Source: Patescibacteria group bacterium | Lineage (GTDB): Bacteria > Patescibacteriota > Minisyncoccia > Phycocordibacterales > SIBU01 | DNA: 51,554 nucleotides | Direction of reading: 5' to 3' | NCBI GenBank assembly: GCA_040390045.1 | Contig: JAZJZC010000003.1 | Span: 66,115 to 117,668 of the forward strand | Part shown: positions 42,695 to 51,336 of the stretch, piece by piece | Position numbering within the stretch: position 1 is the stretch's first letter | Layout of the letters: each line of letters begins with the position of its first letter | Program-made: the position numbers and the translations under genes | The notes under the pieces: generated by a model | What the model was told of the DNA's origin: nothing | Seen by the model: only the letters and a program-made list of their open reading frames with translations | Database searches by the model: none

Positions 42695-43015
42695 ATGAAT
42701 CCAGAACAGCCTGAAAATTTGGGCAAGGTTTCTAAGAGTGCTATGTTTCATTCCCAAGAGGATTTTCAAAAGGATGAAGCCATGCGTGAATCGGCGTATA
42801 GGAAAATGGAAAAATATGCCACTGATCTGGGTTGCCAATTTAGTAGCTACAATGGTTCTCGTTATATTGAATTTAAAACCTGGCAGGAAGCATTAGATTT
42901 TCAGGAGTTCTGCGATACAGAATTCGGTTTTAAGGTTAAGGTGAATGACCCAGCAAAAACTGACGGTAGGTTTTTAAAGCCAGGATACAAAGTGTTTCCT
43001 GTGTTTGAGAGTTAA
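42695..43015 (+). CDS. hypothetical protein (106 aa), orphan
   Basis: Clean ORF, acidic/aromatic. No motif recognised. Confidence 0.45.
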   Translation: MNPEQPENLGKVSKSAMFHSQEDFQKDEAMRESAYRKMEKYATDLGCQFSSYNGSRYIEFKTWQEALDFQEFCDTEFGFKVKVNDPAKTDGRFLKPGYKVFPVFES

Positions 43016-43101
43016 ACAAAAAAACCAAATTTTGAGCAAAATCCTAAGAAATTGCGAAAAAAATAGAAGAGGGTATGATGGATGAAGTCGAAATTTGACC
43101 T

Positions 43102-43311
43102 ATGATTATTGATTTTTTGATTGATCTTCCAGGGAAAATTTTCAATTTTCTTTGGACTTGTGGCGCGCCCAAACCTCCGAGCTCGCGCCCGCTTTGGCAG
43201 GTTTTGGAAGATGAAGGTTCTGGACAATCTCTCAACCTGACTGGGTTTACTGAAGGCGACCGTCAAAAGGCGGGCGAGATAGCTCGCGAAAGAGCCCGCT
43301 CGGCAAAGTAA
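43102..43311 (+). CDS. small hypothetical protein (69 aa)
   Basis: It ends in the same taa-plus-terminator module as the next gene (taattttcaaagacgcactccgtt at 43309-43332 and 43781-43804). Confidence 0.35.
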   Translation: MIIDFLIDLPGKIFNFLWTCGAPKPPSSRPLWQVLEDEGSGQSLNLTGFTEGDRQKAGEIARERARSAK

Positions 43312-43316
43312 TTTTC

Positions 43317-43360
43317 AAAGACGCACTCCGTTCACGGTTCGGTTCGCGTCTTTTTCTTTT
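43317..43360 (+). terminator. intrinsic terminator, module copy 1
   Basis: aaagacgc...gcgtcttt followed by a T-run. Confidence 0.7.
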
Positions 43361-43420
43361 GATTTTTTTCAAGGTGGATACATCTTCGTGATATAGTTTT
43401 GTTAGATTTTTTAGTTTTTT

Positions 43421-43783
43421 ATGAGCAAAAGAAGATGGCGGAGGTACAGCGAATGTGATTTGGGGAAGGAGTTTATGGAGCTTGCTGAGAAATTAGGTTT
43501 GACCAAAACAAAACTAGCAAAGGCCCTTGGAGTTACTCCAAATTGTATTTTTAAGATTTTTCGTGGTGATCAACCAAGTATCCGACTCGTCGTTTCTTTA
43601 AGGGCGCTGGTACTTTTACACGAATCTTCACAGCCGGTTGCTATCGCTCGACTGCTCACAAACCTTTCACATGAAGGCCGAGTCCAGGTCGGAGGACAAC
43701 TCACCGGAAGTGGGATGCAACTTTTGGAATTATTCGATCCAACGACTCTGAGCCCGAGCGCGGAAGACGATTACCAAATTTAA
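43421..43783 (+). CDS. XRE-like helix-turn-helix protein
   Basis: LAEKLGLTKTKLAKALGVTPNCIFKIFRGDQ. Confidence 0.6.
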   Translation: MSKRRWRRYSECDLGKEFMELAEKLGLTKTKLAKALGVTPNCIFKIFRGDQPSIRLVVSLRALVLLHESSQPVAIARLLTNLSHEGRVQVGGQLTGSGMQLLELFDPTTLSPSAEDDYQI

Positions 43784-43788
43784 TTTTC

Positions 43789-43830
43789 AAAGACGCACTC
43801 CGTTTATGGTTCGCGTCTTTTTTCTTTTTT
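43789..43830 (+). terminator. intrinsic terminator, module copy 2
   Basis: aaagacgc-actccgtttatggttc-gcgtcttt followed by a T-run. Confidence 0.75.
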
Positions 43831-43894
43831 AAACTTGAGGAAGTTTAGGTCGCGTGGTAGTGTTCAAACAGCTTACAGAACAACTCATGCGTTT

Positions 43895-44215
43895 ATGGCA
43901 AAACACAGGATTGATATTGAGTTAGCAGGGCTCGCCAGGGAGTTTCAGCAACTTTTTCTCATGAGCGGGTGGAATCAAAGAGAGTGCGCCCAGCATCTTG
44001 GGGTATCCTTTACCCACATTAATGGAATTCTTAATGGTGGCGGCCAACCATCCGTAACTCTGGTTAAGTTAATTAAGTTGATGGTTGAAGGACCGACAAA
44101 AACAGACTACAGATCACTAATTCTAGTTCTTGAAAAGTTTCCTGTCGCAACTCGTGCAGAAATAATAGGGTCACTTGAGACTTTACTTCGCAGTAGTCTC
44201 GCTCGAAAGTTTTGA
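43895..44215 (+). CDS. XRE-like helix-turn-helix protein (paralog of 43421-43783)
   Basis: SGWNQRECAQHLGVSFTHINGILNGGGQPSVTLVKLIKL has the same layout as RGDQPSIRLVVSLRAL in the upstream gene. ATG at 43895. Confidence 0.6.
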   Translation: MAKHRIDIELAGLAREFQQLFLMSGWNQRECAQHLGVSFTHINGILNGGGQPSVTLVKLIKLMVEGPTKTDYRSLILVLEKFPVATRAEIIGSLETLLRSSLARKF

Positions 44216-44219
44216 TTTG

Positions 44220-44247
44220 AAAGACGCCACCTCGCGTCTTTTTTCTT
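44220..44247 (+). terminator. intrinsic terminator, module copy 3
   Basis: aaagacgc-cacctc-gcgtcttt followed by a T-run. Confidence 0.75.
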
Positions 44248-44258
44248 TGTCGGTTACA

Positions 44259-44915
44259 ATGTCGTGTATGACGCAGAAAGGAAAATTTATTGTGATCGAT
44301 GGTGGGGAAGGGGCAGGGAAAAGTACCCTGATGGGTTTTTTGCCGGAAATTTTTCCCTCGACGCCGAGCTCGGGACAAGCCACATTTCTAGCTACACGCG
44401 AGCCTGGAGGTTCTCCGTTTGCTGAAGAAATTCGCAATTTGATGCTTTCTCGTCCCGAATCAAAAAATGCTTCGCCTGAAACTCAGTTTGGTCTTGTGTG
44501 GGCCGCGCGACACGACCACCTTCAGAAAAAAATTATTCCAGCACTTAATGAGGGAGTTCATGTTATTTCTGATCGCTTCGATTCTTCAACCTACGCCTAT
44601 CAAATTTTTGGCCAAGAGGCGCCGCAATTAGAAAAACTTTTTTGGGATATTCGTAATATTTACTTACGTGATGCGCAGCCTGACCTCTATATTTTTCTCG
44701 ATATCGATCCTGCGATTGGCCTCAAGCGTGTGGCAGAACGTCGCAAGGAGACAGACCATTTTGATCAGCGGAAATTGGATTTTCACCAGAGAATTCGCGA
44801 AGGCTATTTAGAATTTCTAAAAAAAGTACCAAGCGTGATTATTGATTCGAGTGGCACAATTCCGGAGGGGAAGGAAAAGTTTTTTGAGGCAATAAAAAGC
44901 GCCCTATTAAAATAA
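44259..44915 (+). CDS. tmk: thymidylate (dNMP) kinase
   Basis: FIVIDGGEGAGKST, TREPGG, DRFDSSTYAYQ. Start moved to the ATG at 44259 (or 44268), downstream of the terminator. Confidence 0.85.
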   Translation: MSCMTQKGKFIVIDGGEGAGKSTLMGFLPEIFPSTPSSGQATFLATREPGGSPFAEEIRNLMLSRPESKNASPETQFGLVWAARHDHLQKKIIPALNEGVHVISDRFDSSTYAYQIFGQEAPQLEKLFWDIRNIYLRDAQPDLYIFLDIDPAIGLKRVAERRKETDHFDQRKLDFHQRIREGYLEFLKKVPSVIIDSSGTIPEGKEKFFEAIKSALLK

Positions 44916-44919
44916 TTGT

Positions 44920-45342
44920 ATGGAAATTAAAATTAAACGATTACACCCCGACGCCAAATTGCCGAGTTACGCTCATCCGGGAGACGTGGGGCTTGATCTG
45001 TTTTCGTTGGAGGAGGTGACGGTAGCTCCCGGAGCGCACCATCGTTTTGCTAACGGTTTCGCTTTAGAATTTCCAGAGGGTTACGCCGCTATCGTCAAAG
45101 ACAAGGGAGGTATTTCAAAAGCAGGACTTCATTGTATGGGCGGAGTGTTTGATGCAGGATTTCGTGGCGAGTACAATGTGCATCTGGTAAATTTAGGTGA
45201 CAAAGCGTACACCTTTGAAAAAGGTGATAAAGTGGCACAACTCGTGATTTTTCCGGTGGCAATTGCTAAGCTTGTTGAGGCGAAGGAACTTTCAGATAGC
45301 AGTAGGGGGATGGGGCAGTTTGGGAGCACTGGAAGAAAGTAG
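44920..45342 (+). CDS. dut: trimeric dUTPase
   Basis: GDVGLDL, GGVFDAGFRGEY and RGMGQFGSTG. Motif 2 is atypical (KDKGG instead of PRSG). Confidence 0.8.
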   Translation: MEIKIKRLHPDAKLPSYAHPGDVGLDLFSLEEVTVAPGAHHRFANGFALEFPEGYAAIVKDKGGISKAGLHCMGGVFDAGFRGEYNVHLVNLGDKAYTFEKGDKVAQLVIFPVAIAKLVEAKELSDSSRGMGQFGSTGRK

Positions 45343-45387
45343 ATTAGTTGGTAGACAGTAGTATGTAGACAAGAGGAGAAAATAATT

Positions 45388-47100
45388 ATGATTGAGGAAA
45401 AAATAAAAAAATTAATACAGGAAAGTCTAAAAAAAATCGGCATTGAGTCGGCCGAGGTAGTTCTCGAGCACCCAGCCGAAATTACTAACGGAGATTTTTC
45501 GACGAATATCGCTCTGGCTTTGGCAAAAAGTTTAAAAATGAAACCGCGAGAGTTAGCGGGAAAAATTCTAGTTGAATTGGAGAAAAGTAAACCTCGCGAT
45601 TTCGAGCGGCTCGAAATCGCCGGCCCGGGCTTCATTAATTTTTATCTTGCCAAAACTTTCTTTACGGAAAATGTTGCGACTGTTTTAAAGGAGGGCGGAA
45701 ATTTTGGAAAAAATTCGACACGGAAGGGCGAAAAAATCATTGTTGAATACACCAACACCAACCTTTTCAAGGAACTCCATATCGGCCACATGATGAGTAA
45801 CAATATCGGTGAATCGCTTTCTCGTATTTGGGAATTTCAAGCGGCAGAAGTAAAACGAGATACGTATCAGGGTGATGTCGGCCTTCACGTGGCGAAAGCC
45901 ATTTTCGGTATGCAAAAGTTGGTTTCAGAAATGCCAAAAGAAAGCGCTAGTTTGCATGAAAAAATTGTGTTTCTTGGAAAGGCGTACGCAGCCGGCTCTG
46001 TGGCATACGACGAAGATAAAACTTCCGAAGCCCGCATTAAGGAATTAAACAAAATCATTTTTGAAAAAAGTGATTCTGAAATAAACCAATTGTACGCCTG
46101 GGGCAGGGAGGTGAGTCTTGCTCATTTTGAAATTCTCTACAAAAAACTTGATACAAAGTTTGATTATTATTTCTTCGAGACCGAAGTGGCTGAGAAAGCC
46201 CTTGCTATCGTAACTGATAATCTCAAAACTGGAATTTTTGAAAAAAGTGATGGCGCGGTGGTGTTTAAGGGAGAACAATACGGACTTCACACTCGAGTTT
46301 TTATAAATTCCATGGGACTTCCAACCTACGAAGCTAAAGATATCGGTTTGGCCTTTGTGAAGTATGAAAAATATCCGTTTGATCGAGCGGTTATTATTAC
46401 GGCGAACGAGCAGAACGATTATTTTAAGGTTGTCTTAAAAGCTTTGAGTCTCATTGATGCCAAGCTCGCCGGCAAAATTAAACACCTCTCGCACGGCATG
46501 CTTAAACTTTCTACTGGAAAGATGTCGTCACGTACGGGGAATGTCATAACCGGCGAAGCGCTTATCGATTCTGTCGAGGCTATGGTGCACAAAAAAATCG
46601 AAGATCGAGAGCTCGAGACCTTTGAAAGAAATAAAATTGCCGAGGCGGTTGCGATTGGAGCCATTAAATATTCCATTCTTCGCCAAGCTATTGGCGGCGA
46701 CATTATTTTTGATTTCGACAAATCAATTTCTTTTGAGGGAGATTCGGGCCCGTACTTGCAGTATTCTTTCGTGCGAGCCAATTCCATTTTAGCGAAAGCC
46801 GCGGCGGAAAAAATTCTGCCTGATTTTAAACATGTGCCCGATGAAATATTTTTGATTGAACGAATGCTCACTCGTTTCCCGGAAGTAGTGGTTCGCGCCG
46901 GCGCTGATTTCGCTCCGCATCTTATCGCCACCTACCTCATCGAACTTTCCTCATCCTTTAATAGTTACTACGCTCAAAATCAAATTGTGAATTCCGGTGA
47001 CCCGACTTCTTCTTACAAGGTGGCTCTTACCTCGGCTTTTGCGCAGGTTATGAAAAATGGGTTGTGGCTTCTAGGGATCCCGGTCCCTTCGAAAATGTAG
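45388..47100 (+). CDS. argS: arginine--tRNA ligase
   Basis: NLFKELHIGHMMSN (HIGH), GKMSSRTG (KMSKS), and a C-terminal DALR anticodon-binding pattern. Confidence 0.9.
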   Translation: MIEEKIKKLIQESLKKIGIESAEVVLEHPAEITNGDFSTNIALALAKSLKMKPRELAGKILVELEKSKPRDFERLEIAGPGFINFYLAKTFFTENVATVLKEGGNFGKNSTRKGEKIIVEYTNTNLFKELHIGHMMSNNIGESLSRIWEFQAAEVKRDTYQGDVGLHVAKAIFGMQKLVSEMPKESASLHEKIVFLGKAYAAGSVAYDEDKTSEARIKELNKIIFEKSDSEINQLYAWGREVSLAHFEILYKKLDTKFDYYFFETEVAEKALAIVTDNLKTGIFEKSDGAVVFKGEQYGLHTRVFINSMGLPTYEAKDIGLAFVKYEKYPFDRAVIITANEQNDYFKVVLKALSLIDAKLAGKIKHLSHGMLKLSTGKMSSRTGNVITGEALIDSVEAMVHKKIEDRELETFERNKIAEAVAIGAIKYSILRQAIGGDIIFDFDKSISFEGDSGPYLQYSFVRANSILAKAAAEKILPDFKHVPDEIFLIERMLTRFPEVVVRAGADFAPHLIATYLIELSSSFNSYYAQNQIVNSGDPTSSYKVALTSAFAQVMKNGLWLLGIPVPSKM

Positions 47101-47177
47101 AGCACAAAGTAAAACTTGCTTTTCTTTTTTTAATTTAATAAGGTATGGTCAGTTTGATTTTTTCAGCACACTGAATT

Positions 47178-47447
47178 ATGAAAGTGTCATCTACGCTTGA
47201 TTGTCCAAAGGGTATTTTAGAAACCCTTGTTGTATTCATTTTAGGGTTGGGTTTTCTCTTCGTCCTGCTCCTTAACCTCTCTGTCGCCATTTTCGCTGGG
47301 TGGGTTGTGTCTCATGTGACACACAACTTATTTCTCGGCGCGTTAGCTTCTGGGGCCGTGGCGCTCTTTATCATCGCGGAAACACTATCCCCAGGCTGTT
47401 TCATTGACCAAGATGAAGATGGAGGTCCGTGCGACGAAGGGATGTAG
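47178..47447 (+). CDS. small membrane protein (89 aa)
   Basis: Three hydrophobic helices and an acidic tail DQDEDGGPCDEGM. Confidence 0.4.
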   Translation: MKVSSTLDCPKGILETLVVFILGLGFLFVLLLNLSVAIFAGWVVSHVTHNLFLGALASGAVALFIIAETLSPGCFIDQDEDGGPCDEGM

Positions 47448-47478
47448 CTTATTACAGCGCTTTTAGAACATCGGTTCC

Positions 47479-47515
47479 AATGCTAGAATGACAACGTTCT
47501 AGCATTTTTTATTTT
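47479..47515 (+). terminator. intrinsic terminator
   Basis: aatgctagaa-tgacaacg-ttctagcatt followed by a T-run. Confidence 0.75.
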
Positions 47516-47517
47516 AT

Positions 47518-50500
47518 ATGGACGAAAATCTCAAGAAAAATCCACTAGTGGAAAACGAAGAAAAAACTCTGAAATTTTGGCGTGAAAATAGTATTTTCGA
47601 GAAATCTTTGGCCAAAGAGTCGCCAAAAGGTGAGTTTGTTTTCTATGAAGGCCCCCCAACAGCCAACGGTCGCCCCGGTATTCATCATCTCGAGGCGAGA
47701 GCTTTTAAAGATGCCATTCCTCGATACAAAACCATGCAAGGGTTCCATGTTCGTCGCAAAGGCGGTTGGGATACGCACGGGCTTCCCGTTGAGTTGGCGG
47801 TTGAAAAAGAACTTGGCCTTAAATCAAAAAAAGAAATTGAAGTATACGGCATCGAGGCTTTTAATAAAAAATGCAAAGAAAGTGTTTGGAAATTTGTCAG
47901 TGAGTGGGAAGAATTTACCCAGCGCATCGGCTACTGGGTTGATCTGAAAAATCCTTATGTTACTTACAAACCAGAGTACATTGAATCGGTCTGGAATATT
48001 GTTAGTAAAATAAACGAACAGGGACTTTTGTATAAAGATTACAAGGTGGTGCCGTGGTGTCCGAGGTGTGGCACCGGGCTTTCGAGCCACGAACTGGCAC
48101 AGGGGTATGAGGATGTGAAGGATTTGTCGGTTACAACTAAGTTCAAAGTTAAAAGTGAAAAGTTTAAAAGTAAAGACGGGGAGGAAACCTATTTGTTGGC
48201 ATGGACGACTACGCCGTGGACACTTCCTGGAAATGTCGGACTAGCTGTTGGAGAAAAAATTACCTACCAGCTCGTTGTATCGGAAGGGTTACAGTATATC
48301 GTTGCCAAGGAGCGAGCAGCAACAGTTTTCAAAGAAAAAACTTTTGAAGTAGTTCAAGATATTTCAGGCAAAGAACTTATTGGTTTGGAATACGAACCAC
48401 TGTACCCATTTCTCAAAGATAATCTTTCCGAGACTGAAAAACCAAAATTGGCCAATGCGTTTAAGGTTTATCCTGCGAATTTTGTAACCACAACCGATGG
48501 AACTGGAATTGTGCACACTGCAGTGATGTATGGAACGGATGACTTTGAGCTTGGCAATAAAGTTGGCTTACCGAAACATCACCTGGTCAAAGAAGACGGA
48601 ACCTTTAAAGAAGAAGTTGGTTTTTTGGCGGGGAAATTTGTGAAGCCCGCCCGAACGACTGAAGCCAGTGTTCAGTCGGGCGGGGATGAAGGCGTCGACA
48701 TTTTGATTATAAAAGATTTAGCCGGACGTGGGTTGTTATTCTCAAAGGAAAAATATTCTCACAGTTATCCGCACTGTTGGCGCTGTCACACCCCACTTAT
48801 CTATTTCGCCCGAGATTCTTGGTACATCAAGATGTCTGCGCTTCGCGAAAAATTACTTTCAGAAAATGAAAAAATAAATTGGGAACCCGATTATATTAAG
48901 CATGGCCGGTTTGGTGAATGGTTGAAGGACGTAAAGGATTGGGCAATTTCCCGAGAGCGATATTGGGGAACGCCGTTACCTGTTTGGAAAACTTCAGCTA
49001 CTTCGGGAAACGCCGAAAAATATGTCGTAATCGGATCAATTGCTGATCTCAAAAAGTATGCCAAAAAATCTGGCAATACCTATTTCGTAATGCGTCACGG
49101 CGAGTCGGTTCACAATCTTGAGTGGAGGATCAGTACTACGCACGACAATCGTGAGGATTGTCTGACTGAAAAAGGTAAAGCTCAGGCTTTAGCTTCAGCG
49201 CAAACCCTCAAGGATAAAAAAATCGATATGATCGTAGTTTCGCCGTTCAAAAGAACCAGAGAAACTAGTGAAATTGTGCGAGAGGCTTTGGGTTTGTCAC
49301 CAGAAAAAGTAACCCTCGATGAACGATTGCATGAGATCGGGGTGTATTCCTTTGAAGGAAAAACATGGGAAGAGTACCATGAGGTTTTTCCTAAAACTGA
49401 AGAATATTTTACCGCCAAGCGTGACGGTGACGAATCATATCTTGATGCGAAGATAAGAATGATGAAAGTTCTGTACGAGTACGAATCTAAATACCAAGGA
49501 AAAAATATTCTGTTTGTCACTCATGGAGGCCCAGGCTGGCTTCTTAATGCCGGTTCCCATGGACTATCACTATCTGAAACCTACAGTGCGATTAGTTCAA
49601 TTGATAACGCTCGACAGGATGGAATTAAAAACGCTGAAATTCGAGAGCTTGATTTTGTTCCTCTGCCACATAATGAAAATTATGAACTCGATCTCCATCG
49701 ACCGTTCATCGACGCAATCGAACTTATCGATGAAAATGGCGCGCCTATGACTCGCGCTAAAGAAGTGATGGATGTTTGGTTTGATTCAGGGGCAATGCCG
49801 TTTGCTCAGGACGCGGATCTACGCCGAACAGACGCAGAATCCGCCGCGGCGGACGGAAAAAAATCGTGGGACGATATTTCTTACCCTGCGGATTTTATTT
49901 CTGAGGCCATCGACCAGACTCGCGGTTGGTTTTATACGTTGCACGCAATTGGCGTACTGACCGGGAAGGGAAGAGCCTACAAAAATGTTATTTGCCTTGG
50001 ACATATTTTGGATGCCGAAGGCAAGAAGATGTCGAAATCTGTCGGGAACGTGGTTGACCCGCACAAAATGATTGAAAAGTATGGCGCAGACCCATTACGA
50101 TTTTGGATGTACAGTGTTAATCAACCCGGAGAGCCAAAAAATTTTGACGAAAAAACGGTAGATGAGATCGTGAAAAAGGTTTTTAATCTCACATCGAACG
50201 TTCTCACTTTCTACCAGTTGTATGCAGAAACAGAACACGGATCACAGAACACAGAACACGAAAAGCAAATCAGTAACAACGTTTTAGACCAATGGATACT
50301 CACTCGACTCAATCAACTCGTTGCCGAAGTTACAACCTCTCTCAATTCTTATAAATTACTCGAACCAACTCGGGCGATCCGTGATTTTATCGCCGACCTA
50401 TCGCAGTGGTATTTGCGGCGATCGCGCGACAGATTTAAGGGGGAAGATGAAGCGGATAAAAATTCTGCTCTACAAACTACAAATTACGTACTGCTGACTC

Positions 50501-51123
50501 TTGCGAAAGTCATGGCTCCATTTACTCCATTTTTTGCTGATTTCTTGTACAAAGGAGTTGAGGGAAAAGAGCAAAGTGTTCATTTGGAGAAATGGCCCGA
50601 AGAAAGTTTAAAGTTTAAAGTTGAAGGTTTAAAAGTTCTGGAGCAAATGGAAGAAGTGAGAAAAATTGTTTCGCTTGGATTAGAACAACGAGCAAAGGCT
50701 GGGATAAAAGTTCGACAACCGCTCCAAAAATTAAAAATTAAAAGTGAAAAGTTAAAAATTTCTGACAAGGATTTTCTCGGGCTCGTGAAAGATGAAGTGA
50801 ACGTCAAAGAAGTCGTCATTGATCTCAGTCTGTCGACCGAAGTAGAACTCGATCTCAACATCACTCCCGAACTTAAAGAAGAGGGAAGTGTTCGAGAATT
50901 TGTTCGCGCGATACAGGATTTGAGAAAGACCAGTGGATTTAATCCAGGTGAATTAGCTGAGCTTACTGTTGATGCGGACGAAAAAACTTTACAATTTTTA
51001 CAGAAATACGAGAAAGATCTCATCAAATCGACTCAATTAAAGAAAATTCAATATGCCTCTGTGTCAGGCGGGACAGAAGTTTCTCTCGAGGAAGCAAAGG
51101 TAAAAATTTCTATTTCTAAATAA
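47518..51123 (+). CDS. ileS: isoleucine--tRNA ligase (type 2) with inserted histidine-phosphatase domain
   Basis: PPTANGRPGIHH (HIGH), WTTTPWTLPGN, WAISRERYWGTPLPVW, DVWFDSGAMPF and KMSKSVGN. At 1201 aa it is long for IleS. Confidence 0.9.
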   Translation: MDENLKKNPLVENEEKTLKFWRENSIFEKSLAKESPKGEFVFYEGPPTANGRPGIHHLEARAFKDAIPRYKTMQGFHVRRKGGWDTHGLPVELAVEKELGLKSKKEIEVYGIEAFNKKCKESVWKFVSEWEEFTQRIGYWVDLKNPYVTYKPEYIESVWNIVSKINEQGLLYKDYKVVPWCPRCGTGLSSHELAQGYEDVKDLSVTTKFKVKSEKFKSKDGEETYLLAWTTTPWTLPGNVGLAVGEKITYQLVVSEGLQYIVAKERAATVFKEKTFEVVQDISGKELIGLEYEPLYPFLKDNLSETEKPKLANAFKVYPANFVTTTDGTGIVHTAVMYGTDDFELGNKVGLPKHHLVKEDGTFKEEVGFLAGKFVKPARTTEASVQSGGDEGVDILIIKDLAGRGLLFSKEKYSHSYPHCWRCHTPLIYFARDSWYIKMSALREKLLSENEKINWEPDYIKHGRFGEWLKDVKDWAISRERYWGTPLPVWKTSATSGNAEKYVVIGSIADLKKYAKKSGNTYFVMRHGESVHNLEWRISTTHDNREDCLTEKGKAQALASAQTLKDKKIDMIVVSPFKRTRETSEIVREALGLSPEKVTLDERLHEIGVYSFEGKTWEEYHEVFPKTEEYFTAKRDGDESYLDAKIRMMKVLYEYESKYQGKNILFVTHGGPGWLLNAGSHGLSLSETYSAISSIDNARQDGIKNAEIRELDFVPLPHNENYELDLHRPFIDAIELIDENGAPMTRAKEVMDVWFDSGAMPFAQDADLRRTDAESAAADGKKSWDDISYPADFISEAIDQTRGWFYTLHAIGVLTGKGRAYKNVICLGHILDAEGKKMSKSVGNVVDPHKMIEKYGADPLRFWMYSVNQPGEPKNFDEKTVDEIVKKVFNLTSNVLTFYQLYAETEHGSQNTEHEKQISNNVLDQWILTRLNQLVAEVTTSLNSYKLLEPTRAIRDFIADLSQWYLRRSRDRFKGEDEADKNSALQTTNYVLLTLAKVMAPFTPFFADFLYKGVEGKEQSVHLEKWPEESLKFKVEGLKVLEQMEEVRKIVSLGLEQRAKAGIKVRQPLQKLKIKSEKLKISDKDFLGLVKDEVNVKEVVIDLSLSTEVELDLNITPELKEEGSVREFVRAIQDLRKTSGFNPGELAELTVDADEKTLQFLQKYEKDLIKSTQLKKIQYASVSGGTEVSLEEAKVKISISK
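49081..49620 (+). other. histidine phosphatase (PGAM/CobC-like) domain embedded in IleS
   Basis: YFVMRHGESVHN (RHGxxxxN), SPFKRTRETS, LHEIGVYSFEGKTW and FVTHGG. It lies between the conserved WGTPLPVW and DLHRPFID segments. Confidence 0.7.
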
Positions 51124-51336
51124 GTGTGGTCTAGTGTGAAATTGGGGATAACTTTTTCATTATTCGTTGTGTTTGATAAAGGAGAAAGGTATAATTACAC
51201 CAGTAGCGCGAGCTCTTTAAAAGAAGTCGAGATTGTTTGTGATAGTTGTAGTTTTGGAACAGGAAGGATTCATGCTTCAAAACTACAACTATCCGGGTAC
51301 ATTGTAGACTCAGTCTTCCCCTCACAAGGAAAACAA

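Noticed and set aside
45343-45387. T-box or other leader upstream of argS and ileS
   Set aside because: The intergenic spaces are only 45 nt (dut-argS) and 70 nt (47448-47517). The latter is filled by a terminator. That is too short for a T-box riboswitch, and no specifier/antiterminator pattern is seen.
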